Shown here: positions 1 through 9,295 of the stretch, piece after piece
Layout: each line of letters begins with the position of its first letter
Position numbering within the stretch: position 1 is the first letter of the stretch
Source of the DNA: Candidatus Latescibacterota bacterium
Lineage (GTDB): Bacteria > Latescibacterota > UBA2968
Direction of reading: 5' to 3'
DNA: 64,000 nucleotides
NCBI GenBank assembly: GCA_965116885.1
Contig: OZ220741.1
Coordinates: 3,104,001-3,168,000, forward strand
Program-made: the position numbers and the translations under genes
The notes under the pieces: model-generated
Told to the model about the DNA's origin: nothing
Seen by the model: only the letters and a program-made list of their open reading frames with translations
Database searches by the model: none

Positions 1-285
1 CTGATTACGGGAGATTTTGAGCATCTCGCCGTTGGCATGCAGGACCGATTGCATCACCCCTATCGGGCAAAACTCATTCCGGGCTTTGATCAGATACTCG
101 CAGAAGCGATCAAAGCAGGTGCCTGGGGTGCCGCGCTTTCGGGCGCGGGACCGACTCTCATCGCGCTTACAACCCAAAATGCCGACGCTATTGGGCGGGC
201 TATGATCGCTATTTGGGCAGAGAAAAATATACAAGCGCGTTATCGCATCCTCAAAGTTGATCCGTCGGGGGCCACCGTCACATGA
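1..285 (+). CDS. thrB: Homoserine kinase, C-terminal part (5' end outside window)
   Basis: MQDRLHHPYR...GAALSGAGPT, the GHMP kinase C-terminal motif typical of ThrB. Confidence 0.85.
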   Translation: MITGDFEHLAVGMQDRLHHPYRAKLIPGFDQILAEAIKAGAWGAALSGAGPTLIALTTQNADAIGRAMIAIWAEKNIQARYRILKVDPSGATVT

Positions 286-1949
286 TTATTTTTATGGCAT
301 ATCCAGGGCGCTATATGCGTCTTTTTTATATCGCGCTTGTGGGCTTGCTCATTTTTGACTTTGCGTTTTACCCTTTTGCTGCACACGCGCAATCTCGCCG
401 TGATAATACGTCTCGGGAATCAGCAAAAGAAAATACGCAACCGATTGAAATCAAAAGCATTGGCAAAGCGGCCTACGACGCGGTTATCGCCTCGGGGCAC
501 TATATTGTTGGGCCGGGCGATATCTTTGCCGTTGTGGTAAGTAGCGGGGAAGATATCGAAGCCTTTGAAGTTCCCGTGGGTGTGAGCGGCAGTTTGCTCC
601 TTCCGTCTATCGGCTCGGTTTCAGTGGCGTTTTTATCGCTTGCAGAAGCCAATCAGGCCATCCAATCGACGATAAAAAAACGCTTTCATCAACTCGATAT
701 TTCCATCGGTCTTACGCGCCTGCGGATATTTCCCATCAACGTGGTTGGCGAAGTGAATCTGCCAGGGGCTGTTGAGGTTGAGGGTGTCGAACATGCATCG
801 CAACTCATCACCAAAGCCGGGGGCCTTATTGACAACCTCAATCGCAGAGGATCGAGACGCAATATCCAGATCATGTGTCTCGATGAAAATGGACAGTGGC
901 ACAATACGGGACGCAGGGTCGATCTCGAGCTATGGAATCGCACGGGCAAAGCACAGTACAATCCCTTCATACTCGACGGGGAACAAATTTTTGTGCCCGT
1001 TGCCCAAAGCGATTCCGTCTATGTCACGGGCGCAGTACAATACCCGGGCAGTTATGAATTTGCGCCCGGTGATCGCGTGTCCGATCTCATTGTTCTTGGG
1101 AATGGTTTGCGCGGCCATTCTCCTCCAAAGCGCGCCGATCTTTTGCGCCTGTCGGATGATGGTGAGTGGAGATCCATACACATCGATCTTTCCGGTGTTC
1201 TTGCAGGTGATCCCGAGGCGAACCTCCCTTTGCAAGTGGGTGACAAACTCTATGTTATCGGCGAAACAAAGTGGGTTTATGTCGAAGGCGAGGTAAAATT
1301 TCCCGGTCCTTTTCTTTTAAAAGAGGGGCTTCGCCTCAAAGAATTATTAAAACAGGCCGAACTCACACCCGAAGCATCCGTGGTTCAGGCGTCTCTTATT
1401 CGCAAAGTCAATTTTGGAGAACAGGCCATCGAAGGTGATCCCGCGCTCAGGTTGCTCGGTATCCCTCGCTCACAGCGCACCGATGCCAAAGAAGCCCTTA
1501 TTGCCCTCAAAACCCAGCAGCTTTCAGGGCGTTTGCCCGTTGACTTTGTAGCCCTCATGGCTGGCGACGAGCGGCACAATATCATCCTGCAAGATGGCGA
1601 TGTGGTTCGCATTCCCCGATTTGTGCCTTCTGTTCGCGTGACAGGTGCTGTCATCGCGCCGGCAAATATTCCTTATGACGCGGTGCTTACGGTGGGTGAT
1701 TATATCGACCTCGCCGGCGGTTTTAACACGCGTGCAAAGCGGAAAGACATCATCATTGTTGAGGGCAATACGGGCAATGCCATAGACGCCACCGCAGAAT
1801 CGCTCGTGCGTCCCGGCGATGCGATTTTTGTCCCTCCACAAGAGCCCGGGCAGGGCTATCGGATTTTGAGAGAAGCTATTGCGATGATCGGTTCTGCTGC
1901 ATCGGTTGTTCTGACTATATTTGTCATTGCCAGGGAAGTGACTAACTGA
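282..1949 (+). CDS. SLBB-repeat polysaccharide export protein (Wza/KpsD-like)
   Basis: Signal peptide, YIVGPGD Poly_export motif, several V.GEV..PG SLBB repeats, C-terminal helix; start may be ATG 315. Confidence 0.85.
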   Translation: MIIFMAYPGRYMRLFYIALVGLLIFDFAFYPFAAHAQSRRDNTSRESAKENTQPIEIKSIGKAAYDAVIASGHYIVGPGDIFAVVVSSGEDIEAFEVPVGVSGSLLLPSIGSVSVAFLSLAEANQAIQSTIKKRFHQLDISIGLTRLRIFPINVVGEVNLPGAVEVEGVEHASQLITKAGGLIDNLNRRGSRRNIQIMCLDENGQWHNTGRRVDLELWNRTGKAQYNPFILDGEQIFVPVAQSDSVYVTGAVQYPGSYEFAPGDRVSDLIVLGNGLRGHSPPKRADLLRLSDDGEWRSIHIDLSGVLAGDPEANLPLQVGDKLYVIGETKWVYVEGEVKFPGPFLLKEGLRLKELLKQAELTPEASVVQASLIRKVNFGEQAIEGDPALRLLGIPRSQRTDAKEALIALKTQQLSGRLPVDFVALMAGDERHNIILQDGDVVRIPRFVPSVRVTGAVIAPANIPYDAVLTVGDYIDLAGGFNTRAKRKDIIIVEGNTGNAIDATAESLVRPGDAIFVPPQEPGQGYRILREAIAMIGSAASVVLTIFVIAREVTN

Positions 1950-1951
1950 AT

Positions 1952-3133
1952 ATGGAATCTGAACGCAATATCCTCGATCACATTTATGTTCTCGTGCGCT
2001 GGCGGCGCATGATTCTCACGTGCTTCTTTGCCGTCACGCTGGCGACCGCGGGCATTTCTCTAATTTTGCCCAAAGCCTACCGCGCGTATGCCAGAGTTTA
2101 TCCACCGCAAGATACCAACGGCAGTCTCGGGGGACTGTCTAATCTTTTGCAAGAGCTACCTCTTAACTTGATGGGACTGGGTAGTGAGGCCATATCTGCC
2201 ACAGAATTTGTTCCGGTCGTTGAAAGCGAAAGCGTGCGCTTTTCCGTTGCCAGGCGGTTTGATCTCGCCACGCGGTATGGTGCCAACCATCAAAGTGAAT
2301 TGCTCGATATGATATCCAATCGCCTGCAAGTCGATCTCTCTCGCGAGCAATTTCTCACGATTTCCTACGAAGCCGATACCCCAGAACTAGCGGCAGAATT
2401 GACCAATGCTTTTGTTGAAGAGCTCAAAAATGCGCTTGAACGACGCAATCAAGACAAAACGCGTGTCTATCTGGCCTATCTCACAGAGAGGCTCAAAGAA
2501 GCCGAACAGGACATGCTCGAAGCCGAGCGGCGCTATCGGGATTTTCAGAACGAGCACATGGTATTGGATGTTGAAACTCAGGTCAAAACGCAGTTGGAAA
2601 CGACTTCCAATCTTTTCGGCTTGCTGGCAGAACTGATTATCAAGCGCGATGTTCAGGCCAAACTGATGACCGCAGACAATCCCGAACTGAAAAAACTCGA
2701 TATGGAGATCCAGACCACGCGCGAAGTTCTCGACAATTTACTTATGGGCCAATTTCCCGATAGCTTGCACAAGGGCGATTCGAGCAAACGATTGCCAGAG
2801 ATTTTCAAACCCTTCCGACAATTGCCCGAATTGGGCCTGGGCGCGTTGGCACTCATCCGCGATGTTGAAATACAAAATGCCATCTATCAGTTTATCAAAC
2901 AGGAATATGAAAAAACGCGATTTGAAGATGAAAAAGGCACACACACTGTCACGGTCCTGGATTATGCGCGACCGCCTGACACGCGTAGCTATCCGCGCCG
3001 TAGCCTCATGGTCGCTGTTGCGGGAGGCCTCAGCCTGGTATTGAGTTGCTTGTTTGCCTTTGTATTTGAAGCTTTGAGGAATCTGACTCCGGAGAATCGT
3101 GTCAAAATAGATGCCATATCAGAGGAATTGTGA
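1952..3133 (+). CDS. Wzz/GumC-like polysaccharide co-polymerase (chain-length determinant)
   Basis: N- and C-terminal TM helices, central coiled coil, VLDYARPP..RSYPRR proline-rich motif; follows the SLBB gene. Confidence 0.85.
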   Translation: MESERNILDHIYVLVRWRRMILTCFFAVTLATAGISLILPKAYRAYARVYPPQDTNGSLGGLSNLLQELPLNLMGLGSEAISATEFVPVVESESVRFSVARRFDLATRYGANHQSELLDMISNRLQVDLSREQFLTISYEADTPELAAELTNAFVEELKNALERRNQDKTRVYLAYLTERLKEAEQDMLEAERRYRDFQNEHMVLDVETQVKTQLETTSNLFGLLAELIIKRDVQAKLMTADNPELKKLDMEIQTTREVLDNLLMGQFPDSLHKGDSSKRLPEIFKPFRQLPELGLGALALIRDVEIQNAIYQFIKQEYEKTRFEDEKGTHTVTVLDYARPPDTRSYPRRSLMVAVAGGLSLVLSCLFAFVFEALRNLTPENRVKIDAISEEL

Positions 3134-3150
3134 GTAAGCGAGGTATTTCC

Positions 3151-4188
3151 ATGTCTGAAAACCTGGATACAATTCTCACCACTACAGTGGGGTCTTATCC
3201 ACTGCCCGACTGGCTCGTGGCAGCGCCGAGTGAAACCGCTGTTGTGGATGCCACGCGCGTTATCTTCGATACGCAGCGTCAGGCTGGAATTGATCTGCCT
3301 ACCGATGGCGAACTCTACCGATTTGACATCAACCATCCCGAGACCAATGGCATGATCGAATATTTTGTGCGCCCTATGGGCGGTACGCGCGCCGATTTTG
3401 GGCGTACTGAGGTCGAGACATTTCGCCAACGACAATCCATGGACTTTCGCGCCAAACCCGCTGCTGTTGTCGATGACGTGCTCTCAGAGGGGTCGCTCGA
3501 CCTGTTATCCGACTGTTTGCGCGCAGCAACCGTCGCAGGTGGTCCCTTCAAATTTACGCTTACCAGCCCCTATATGCTTGCCCGCACCTTGCTCGACAAT
3601 TACTACGGCGATTTTGAAGCCCTGCTCATGGGGGTGGCCGATGTGTTGGCCGATCAGGTACGCGGCCTGCCATGTGCCTGTGTACAGATCGATGAAGCCA
3701 ATATTCCGGGTAATCCTGAAGACGCGCCCATCGCAGCGAAGGCGATTAATACGGTACTCGATGCGATTGATTCCGATACTGAAAAAGCCGTTCATTTTTG
3801 TTTTGGAAATTACGGTGGGCAAACCATTCAACGCGGCACATGGCGCGCGCTTATCGATTTCCTCAACGATCTGCACACCGATCACCTCGTTCTCGAACTC
3901 GCCCATCGCCCGGATGATGATCTGGTTGCTCTGAAAGAAATTGATCCGCGCATCAAACTCGGCATTGGCGTGGTTGACATCAAAATCAATCACGTTGAAA
4001 CTGCTGAACAGATTGCCCGACGCCTCGATCACGCCGAAAAAGAACTCGGCCCGGGGCGCATCGCATTTATTCATCCCGATTGCGGGTTCTGGATGCTCAA
4101 ACGCTCGGTAGCTGATCTCAAGGTCGCAGCTCTCGTACAGGGTAGAGATCTCTATTTGGGAAGTGTGAAGTGTGAAGATCGGGAGTAG
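3151..4188 (+). CDS. Cobalamin-independent methionine synthase II family protein (single-barrel MetE-like)
   Basis: TTTVGSYP, TDGE, QIDE, HFCFGN and PDCG Zn-binding motifs. Confidence 0.85.
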   Translation: MSENLDTILTTTVGSYPLPDWLVAAPSETAVVDATRVIFDTQRQAGIDLPTDGELYRFDINHPETNGMIEYFVRPMGGTRADFGRTEVETFRQRQSMDFRAKPAAVVDDVLSEGSLDLLSDCLRAATVAGGPFKFTLTSPYMLARTLLDNYYGDFEALLMGVADVLADQVRGLPCACVQIDEANIPGNPEDAPIAAKAINTVLDAIDSDTEKAVHFCFGNYGGQTIQRGTWRALIDFLNDLHTDHLVLELAHRPDDDLVALKEIDPRIKLGIGVVDIKINHVETAEQIARRLDHAEKELGPGRIAFIHPDCGFWMLKRSVADLKVAALVQGRDLYLGSVKCEDRE

Positions 4189-4210
4189 TATTCCGTCCTA
4201 TAATTTTACC

Positions 4211-7200
4211 ATGCGATATATTTATATATTTTTTTTTAGTTTTCTGATCTTGGACGCAGGTGTTTTCGCTCAGGCACGCGGTACGATTGTCACGATTGCC
4301 GGTGGTGGCCTGGAAGATGGCGATAATGTGCTGGCAACGGATGTTGCGCTCAATCGTCCGCTCGGAATTGCGCTCGATATACAGGGCAATCTCTATATCG
4401 CGGATACGGATAATCACCGCATTCGACGGGTGGATGCGATAACGGGTATCATCACTACGGTCGCGGGTACTGGGGAACCGGGATTCTCGGGCGATGGTGG
4501 ACCGGCGACAAGTGCGTTGCTCAATACCCCTAATGCTATTGCGATCGATAGCGCGGGCAATATTTATGTCAGCAGCGGTGGCGCGAGTGAAAGTGATGTT
4601 CACAATCGACGCATTCGGCGCATCGATGCTTTTGGTATCATCACTACGGTCGCGGGTACGGGCGCAGGTGGTTTCAACGATCTGGTCCCTGCACTACAAG
4701 CTACGTTCCACGAAATTGTCGCACTGACGATGTTGGGCGATATAGCTCTTTTAATCTCCGATAGTCTCGATGAGGATGGACAGGGCAACAATCGCGTGCG
4801 GCAATTTAACTTTGCGAATAATACCATAGGTACAATCGCGGGCAACGGCAGTGCCCAGGCGTCGAGTATTCAGGATCGCGGGCTGGCAACTCGGGCGGGT
4901 TTGACTCCTGGACAATTGGCTGTGACGGGTAATGGCGATCTCTTGATTGCGGATTTTAATAATGGACGCATTCGCCGCATTAGCAGGGCAACGCGAGATA
5001 CGACGGTTGTTGCCGAGATCAATACTGTGGCCGGGCGGGGAGCGACCTCTGCGGAAAATCTATCAGAAGATCTCTACAAGGGCGATGGTGGGCCAGCGAC
5101 AGGTGCTTTATTTTTTTCTCCTTCGGGCGTTGCTGTCGATGAAGCTGGCAATATCTATATCGGCGATACGGGCAATAATCGCATTCGCGTGGTCGAAGCG
5201 GAAACGGACACTGTGTTGACTATCGCGGGAACGGGTATTGCGGGCGCGGGGCCTGAAGGTACACTCGGTCTTCTGTCTGATCTGGGGCAGCCCACGCACT
5301 TGCTAATTGATGGCGATGGGGATCTCATTTTTATTGATGCCGCCAACAATCGCATCCGCAAATTGCGCGATCCCACATTCCGCATGCCCTTGTTCAATGT
5401 TCTCTCCGAGAATATCGATTTTGGCGAGGTTAGCGTTGGCGATCCCACCGTGAGCCGTTTGCGCGTTGAAAATCGGGGCAATGTGCCCGTTCGCGTTGAA
5501 ACAGCGATTTCCGATAACTCCGCATTTCGCGTTTTGTCGGCATTGCCCCTCGAAATCGGCATTGCCCAAACCGCTGATATTGAAATTGTGTTTGATCCTG
5601 TACAAGCTGGCTCTATAGAAGGGGTTATCACTTTCACCACCGATGATTCGCGCACCCCTACTGTCGCTGTAACGGTGCGAGGTCTGGGGGCTGAACCCAG
5701 TATCGGACTTTTTCCTGCGGATGTCTTAATTTTTGATCCCACGTTTATGGGGCGATCTCAAGTATTGTCGGTTCGCATTGACAACCTCGGCGCCGGTGTG
5801 CTGATCGTTCCCAACGCCACGACAACCGACTCGCAATTTGTGGTGGAACAAACCGATATCTTACGGATTGACGCGGGGCAAAGCCAGCAGCTTTCCATCG
5901 CATTTCGCCCGCAAGCCGAGGGCCAGCAAGAAGCCACGCTCACCATTTTTAGCAACGCACCTGCCAACCCCGCGGCCACACTCCAATTACAGGGCATTGG
6001 GGAAAGTGCCCAACCCGGTGGGTTTGTCGATGAGGCCCCCAACGCGGGTTTGGGCGATACGGGTGCGGGATTTGGCGCGGCGTGGGCAGATTATGACAAC
6101 GACAATGATCTCGATCTCTACCTCGTGCGTAGCAGAGAACCGAATCGGTTATATCGCAACGATGGGACTGGATTTACAGATGTGGCGTCAGCGATGGGTG
6201 TTGGCGATTCCGGCGATGGCAGCGCGGGCGTCTGGGGCGATTACGACCGCGATGGCGATCTCGACCTCTACGTCACCAATTTTGGTGAACCGAATCGGTT
6301 ATATCGCAACGATGGGACTGGATTTACAGATGTGGCGTCAGCGATGGGTGTTGACGATTCCGGCGATGGATATGGCGCGGCCTGGGGCGATTATGACCGC
6401 GATGGCGATCTCGACCTTTACGTCGCCAACTTTGGCGCGAATCGCTTTTTCCAGAACAATGGCAACCGTTTTTCCGAACTGGCGGATAGCCTGGGCCTGA
6501 GCGATACAGAAAGTGGGATTCAACCTGCCTGGAGCGATTTTGACAACGATGGCGATCTCGATCTGTTTTTGGCAAATAGCGGTCCCAACCGTCTCTTTCG
6601 CAATGATGGCGAACAATTCACGTCCATAGAAAATATTTTTAATCCCATCGATGAAGGGCCGAGTTTTGGCGCGGCCTGGGGTGATTTTGACAACGATGGC
6701 GATCTCGATCTGTTTATTCCCTATTTTGGCGCAAATAACAGGTGTTATACAAACGAGGGCAATGGCACGTTCAGAGATCGCGCGACGGAGTTGGGCCTTG
6801 CCCACGATGGACGCAGCCGCGGCGCGGTATGGGGTGATTTTGACAACGATGGCGATCTCGATCTCTATGTCACCAATAGCGATCAGCCCAATTTGTATTA
6901 CAAGAATGTGGATGGGCATTTCGCCGACATATCCGATTCTTTGGGCGTTGCCTTGAATGCGAACAGCCGCGGCGTTGCCCTTGCCGATTACGATAACGAT
7001 GGGAGACTCGATTTTTATGTCGCCGTGCAAAATGGCCCCGATGCACTTTTTCGCAATCGCGAGGCCAATGGCAACTGGCTCGCAATTCGGCTTCGCGGTA
7101 CAGAAAGTAGCCCCGATGCGATTGGCACGCGTCTCGAAATTGCGTTCAGAGACAGAGATGGCAATAACCGCCGCGCCATTCGAGAAATCACAGGCGGCGC

Positions 7201-7546
7201 GTCCTTTTTGTCGCAAGACGCGCTCACGCCCGTGTTTGGTGTGGGCAGAGCCGAATATGTCGAGGTACTCACCCTGCGCTGGCCCAGTGGCATTGTCCAG
7301 GAATTTCGCAGTGAGACCGACGATTTGTCGGTCAATCGCGTTCTCCACATTGTCGAACAACCACTTGCGTCTGCAATATCCTTCGATTTTAATGCCGATG
7401 GTCGGTTCGATTTCAACGATTTTCGGATTTTTGTCAGTGCTTTTGATTCTGCTGATATGCGCTTTGACCTCAATGCCGATGGTCGGGTTGATTTCGGCGA
7501 TTTTCTGCACTTTGCCAGGGTTTATGAAGTGAGTAGTGTGAAGTGA
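4211..7546 (+). CDS. Secreted multidomain protein: NHL repeats, two Ig-like (ASH-type) domains, FG-GAP/CRTAC1 propeller, ASPIC/UnbV domain and paired EF-hand (dockerin-like) tail
   Basis: GNLYIADTDNHRIR NHL repeats; WGDYDRDGDLDLYV repeats; DAIGTRL...FGVG...RWPSG UnbV motif; DFNADG/DLNADG tail. Confidence 0.85.
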   Translation: MRYIYIFFFSFLILDAGVFAQARGTIVTIAGGGLEDGDNVLATDVALNRPLGIALDIQGNLYIADTDNHRIRRVDAITGIITTVAGTGEPGFSGDGGPATSALLNTPNAIAIDSAGNIYVSSGGASESDVHNRRIRRIDAFGIITTVAGTGAGGFNDLVPALQATFHEIVALTMLGDIALLISDSLDEDGQGNNRVRQFNFANNTIGTIAGNGSAQASSIQDRGLATRAGLTPGQLAVTGNGDLLIADFNNGRIRRISRATRDTTVVAEINTVAGRGATSAENLSEDLYKGDGGPATGALFFSPSGVAVDEAGNIYIGDTGNNRIRVVEAETDTVLTIAGTGIAGAGPEGTLGLLSDLGQPTHLLIDGDGDLIFIDAANNRIRKLRDPTFRMPLFNVLSENIDFGEVSVGDPTVSRLRVENRGNVPVRVETAISDNSAFRVLSALPLEIGIAQTADIEIVFDPVQAGSIEGVITFTTDDSRTPTVAVTVRGLGAEPSIGLFPADVLIFDPTFMGRSQVLSVRIDNLGAGVLIVPNATTTDSQFVVEQTDILRIDAGQSQQLSIAFRPQAEGQQEATLTIFSNAPANPAATLQLQGIGESAQPGGFVDEAPNAGLGDTGAGFGAAWADYDNDNDLDLYLVRSREPNRLYRNDGTGFTDVASAMGVGDSGDGSAGVWGDYDRDGDLDLYVTNFGEPNRLYRNDGTGFTDVASAMGVDDSGDGYGAAWGDYDRDGDLDLYVANFGANRFFQNNGNRFSELADSLGLSDTESGIQPAWSDFDNDGDLDLFLANSGPNRLFRNDGEQFTSIENIFNPIDEGPSFGAAWGDFDNDGDLDLFIPYFGANNRCYTNEGNGTFRDRATELGLAHDGRSRGAVWGDFDNDGDLDLYVTNSDQPNLYYKNVDGHFADISDSLGVALNANSRGVALADYDNDGRLDFYVAVQNGPDALFRNREANGNWLAIRLRGTESSPDAIGTRLEIAFRDRDGNNRRAIREITGGASFLSQDALTPVFGVGRAEYVEVLTLRWPSGIVQEFRSETDDLSVNRVLHIVEQPLASAISFDFNADGRFDFNDFRIFVSAFDSADMRFDLNADGRVDFGDFLHFARVYEVSSVK
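6137..6420 (+). repeat. 150-bp tandem intragenic repeat (two FG-GAP units)
   Basis: 6137-6203 is identical to 6287-6353, and similarity continues beyond. Confidence 0.9.
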
Positions 7547-7552
7547 GATGCC

Positions 7553-8167
7553 ATGATCGCACTGCCAACTCCTCAAAATATCAATCAGGCTGCCAATAGC
7601 ATTAAAAACGGCGGCCTGATTGCCTATCCGACCGAGACTGTGTATGGCCTGGGGGCTGATCCCCATAACGATGAGGCTGTTCAGAAAATTTTCACTGCCA
7701 AAGGGCGTGCAGAGGATAAGGGGATTATTCTCTTGATTCGCGGTGCAGATGATCTTTCAACGCTTGTTCGCACTGTCCCTCCGACAGCTCAAATACTTAT
7801 TGAGGCATTTTGGCCAGGACCTCTTACCCTTGTTTTGCGCGCCAATCCCGATCTTTCTCCCGCCTTGCTCGGTGGACGCGATACAATAGCGCTTCGCCAT
7901 TCGAGTTCGTCCATTGCCTCCCAATTGCTCACGGCACTCGGCGGTCCCCTTACGAGCACGAGTGCCAATCGCTCTACAGAGCCTCCGGCGCGTTCGGCTT
8001 ATGAGGTGGAAAACGCGCTGGGCGAGCATCTCGATCTCATTCTCGACGGTGGGCCTTCCGACACTACGCTCCCTTCCACGCTTGTCGATGTTTCTTCCGA
8101 CCGCGCAATTCTCCTGCGCGAAGGTGCTGTTTCTGCCCAAAAACTCAGGGCGTATATTCATATTTAA
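7553..8167 (+). CDS. tsaC: L-threonylcarbamoyladenylate synthase (YrdC/Sua5)
   Basis: AYPTETVYGLG, KGR, FWPGPLT and STSAN motifs. Confidence 0.92.
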   Translation: MIALPTPQNINQAANSIKNGGLIAYPTETVYGLGADPHNDEAVQKIFTAKGRAEDKGIILLIRGADDLSTLVRTVPPTAQILIEAFWPGPLTLVLRANPDLSPALLGGRDTIALRHSSSSIASQLLTALGGPLTSTSANRSTEPPARSAYEVENALGEHLDLILDGGPSDTTLPSTLVDVSSDRAILLREGAVSAQKLRAYIHI

Positions 8168-8229
8168 AAAATAACGTGTTGGACAATAGAAATAATTCAA
8201 AAAATGGAAACTGGGACAAATTTTCGATC

Positions 8230-8259
8230 TTGACATTATATAAGATTCTGGATTATCCT
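8230..8259 (+). promoter_or_regulatory. Putative sigma70 promoter of the WD40 gene
   Basis: TTGACA-N18-TATCCT in an AT-rich intergenic region. Confidence 0.45.
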
Positions 8260-8380
8260 AAAAACCAAATTATATACAATCGTTTGTAGCATTTATCACA
8301 AACTCCCTGCTGCGTTGCTCGCGCGGCGGTGCAGAGAAGCCGTGCAACCATAAATCTTCCATAAATAGGAGAATCATCAG

Positions 8381-9274
8381 ATGAAAAAGCTCTGGTTATT
8401 CAACCTCATATTCTTTCTGGCTCTATTTATACAGGAAATCCGCGCCGAGGACACGCTTCGTGGGCATACGACTAATGTCGAGTCTGTGTCATTTTCACCT
8501 GGCGCAGGAACGCTGTCTGACGACGTGCTGAAAATGGAGGGGCATTACCGGACGTGGCATGTCCCCAATGGTGTAATCGCACGTCTGGGAAAAGGAACAC
8601 TTGGGGGAATCGACAGGCCGATAGCATTCTCGCCAGATGGTCAATATCTCGCTGTGGCAAGTGACATCGGCATCTGGCTTTATGATGTGGCGACGTCTCG
8701 TGAGCGCGCGTTGATACCCACGGCGAGTTCTATCAGATCGGTGTCATTTTCACCCGATGGGAGGCTATTGGCCTCCGGGTCAGATGATAACACAGTGAAG
8801 CTGTGGGAAGTGAGCACGGGTCAGGAGCGAGCCACCCTCACAGGGCATATGCGTGCGGTCTATTCCGTGTCATTTTCACCTGATGGTACGCTGTTGGCAT
8901 CAGGGTCATTTGATAACGCGGTGAAGCTATGGGATGTGAGCACGGGTCAGGAGAGAGCCACCCTCACAGGGTATACGAATGGTGTCAATTCCATGTCATT
9001 TTCACCTGATGGAACGCTATTGGCATCAGGATCATTAGATGGCACGGTTCTGCTGTGGGATATGTCGCCATATGGCACAGTTCAACCGCAAACTCCCAAT
9101 CCCGACTTCGATGGCGATGGGATCGTTGGCTTTGCCGACTTTTTGCTATTTGTGGCACAGTTCGGGTTAAGGCGTGGCGATGCGGGATATGATGCGCGGT
9201 ATGATCTGGATGGGGATGGCACCATTGGATTTGCTGATTTTCTGATCTTTGCCAGTGCCTTTGGGGAGACCTAA
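8381..9274 (+). CDS. Secreted WD40-repeat protein with paired EF-hand (dockerin-like) tail
   Basis: Signal peptide; SVSFSPDG.LLASGS.DNTVKLW repeats; DFDGDGIVGFADF...DLDGDGTIGFADF tail; AGGAG RBS. Confidence 0.88.
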   Translation: MKKLWLFNLIFFLALFIQEIRAEDTLRGHTTNVESVSFSPGAGTLSDDVLKMEGHYRTWHVPNGVIARLGKGTLGGIDRPIAFSPDGQYLAVASDIGIWLYDVATSRERALIPTASSIRSVSFSPDGRLLASGSDDNTVKLWEVSTGQERATLTGHMRAVYSVSFSPDGTLLASGSFDNAVKLWDVSTGQERATLTGYTNGVNSMSFSPDGTLLASGSLDGTVLLWDMSPYGTVQPQTPNPDFDGDGIVGFADFLLFVAQFGLRRGDAGYDARYDLDGDGTIGFADFLIFASAFGET

Positions 9275-9295
9275 ATAATCAGGAAAAACAGGACG

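Noticed and set aside
6137..6870. Regularly spaced direct repeats resembling a CRISPR array
   Set aside because: They are in-frame coding repeats with ~150-bp period and similar intervening sequence; no cas genes are present.
6338..7666. 442-aa minus-strand ORF with repeats
   Set aside because: Its repeats simply mirror the FG-GAP repeats on the coding strand.
8297..8350. GC-rich patch in the WD40 gene leader as a riboswitch
   Set aside because: I could not match it to any riboswitch consensus or find a convincing expression platform.
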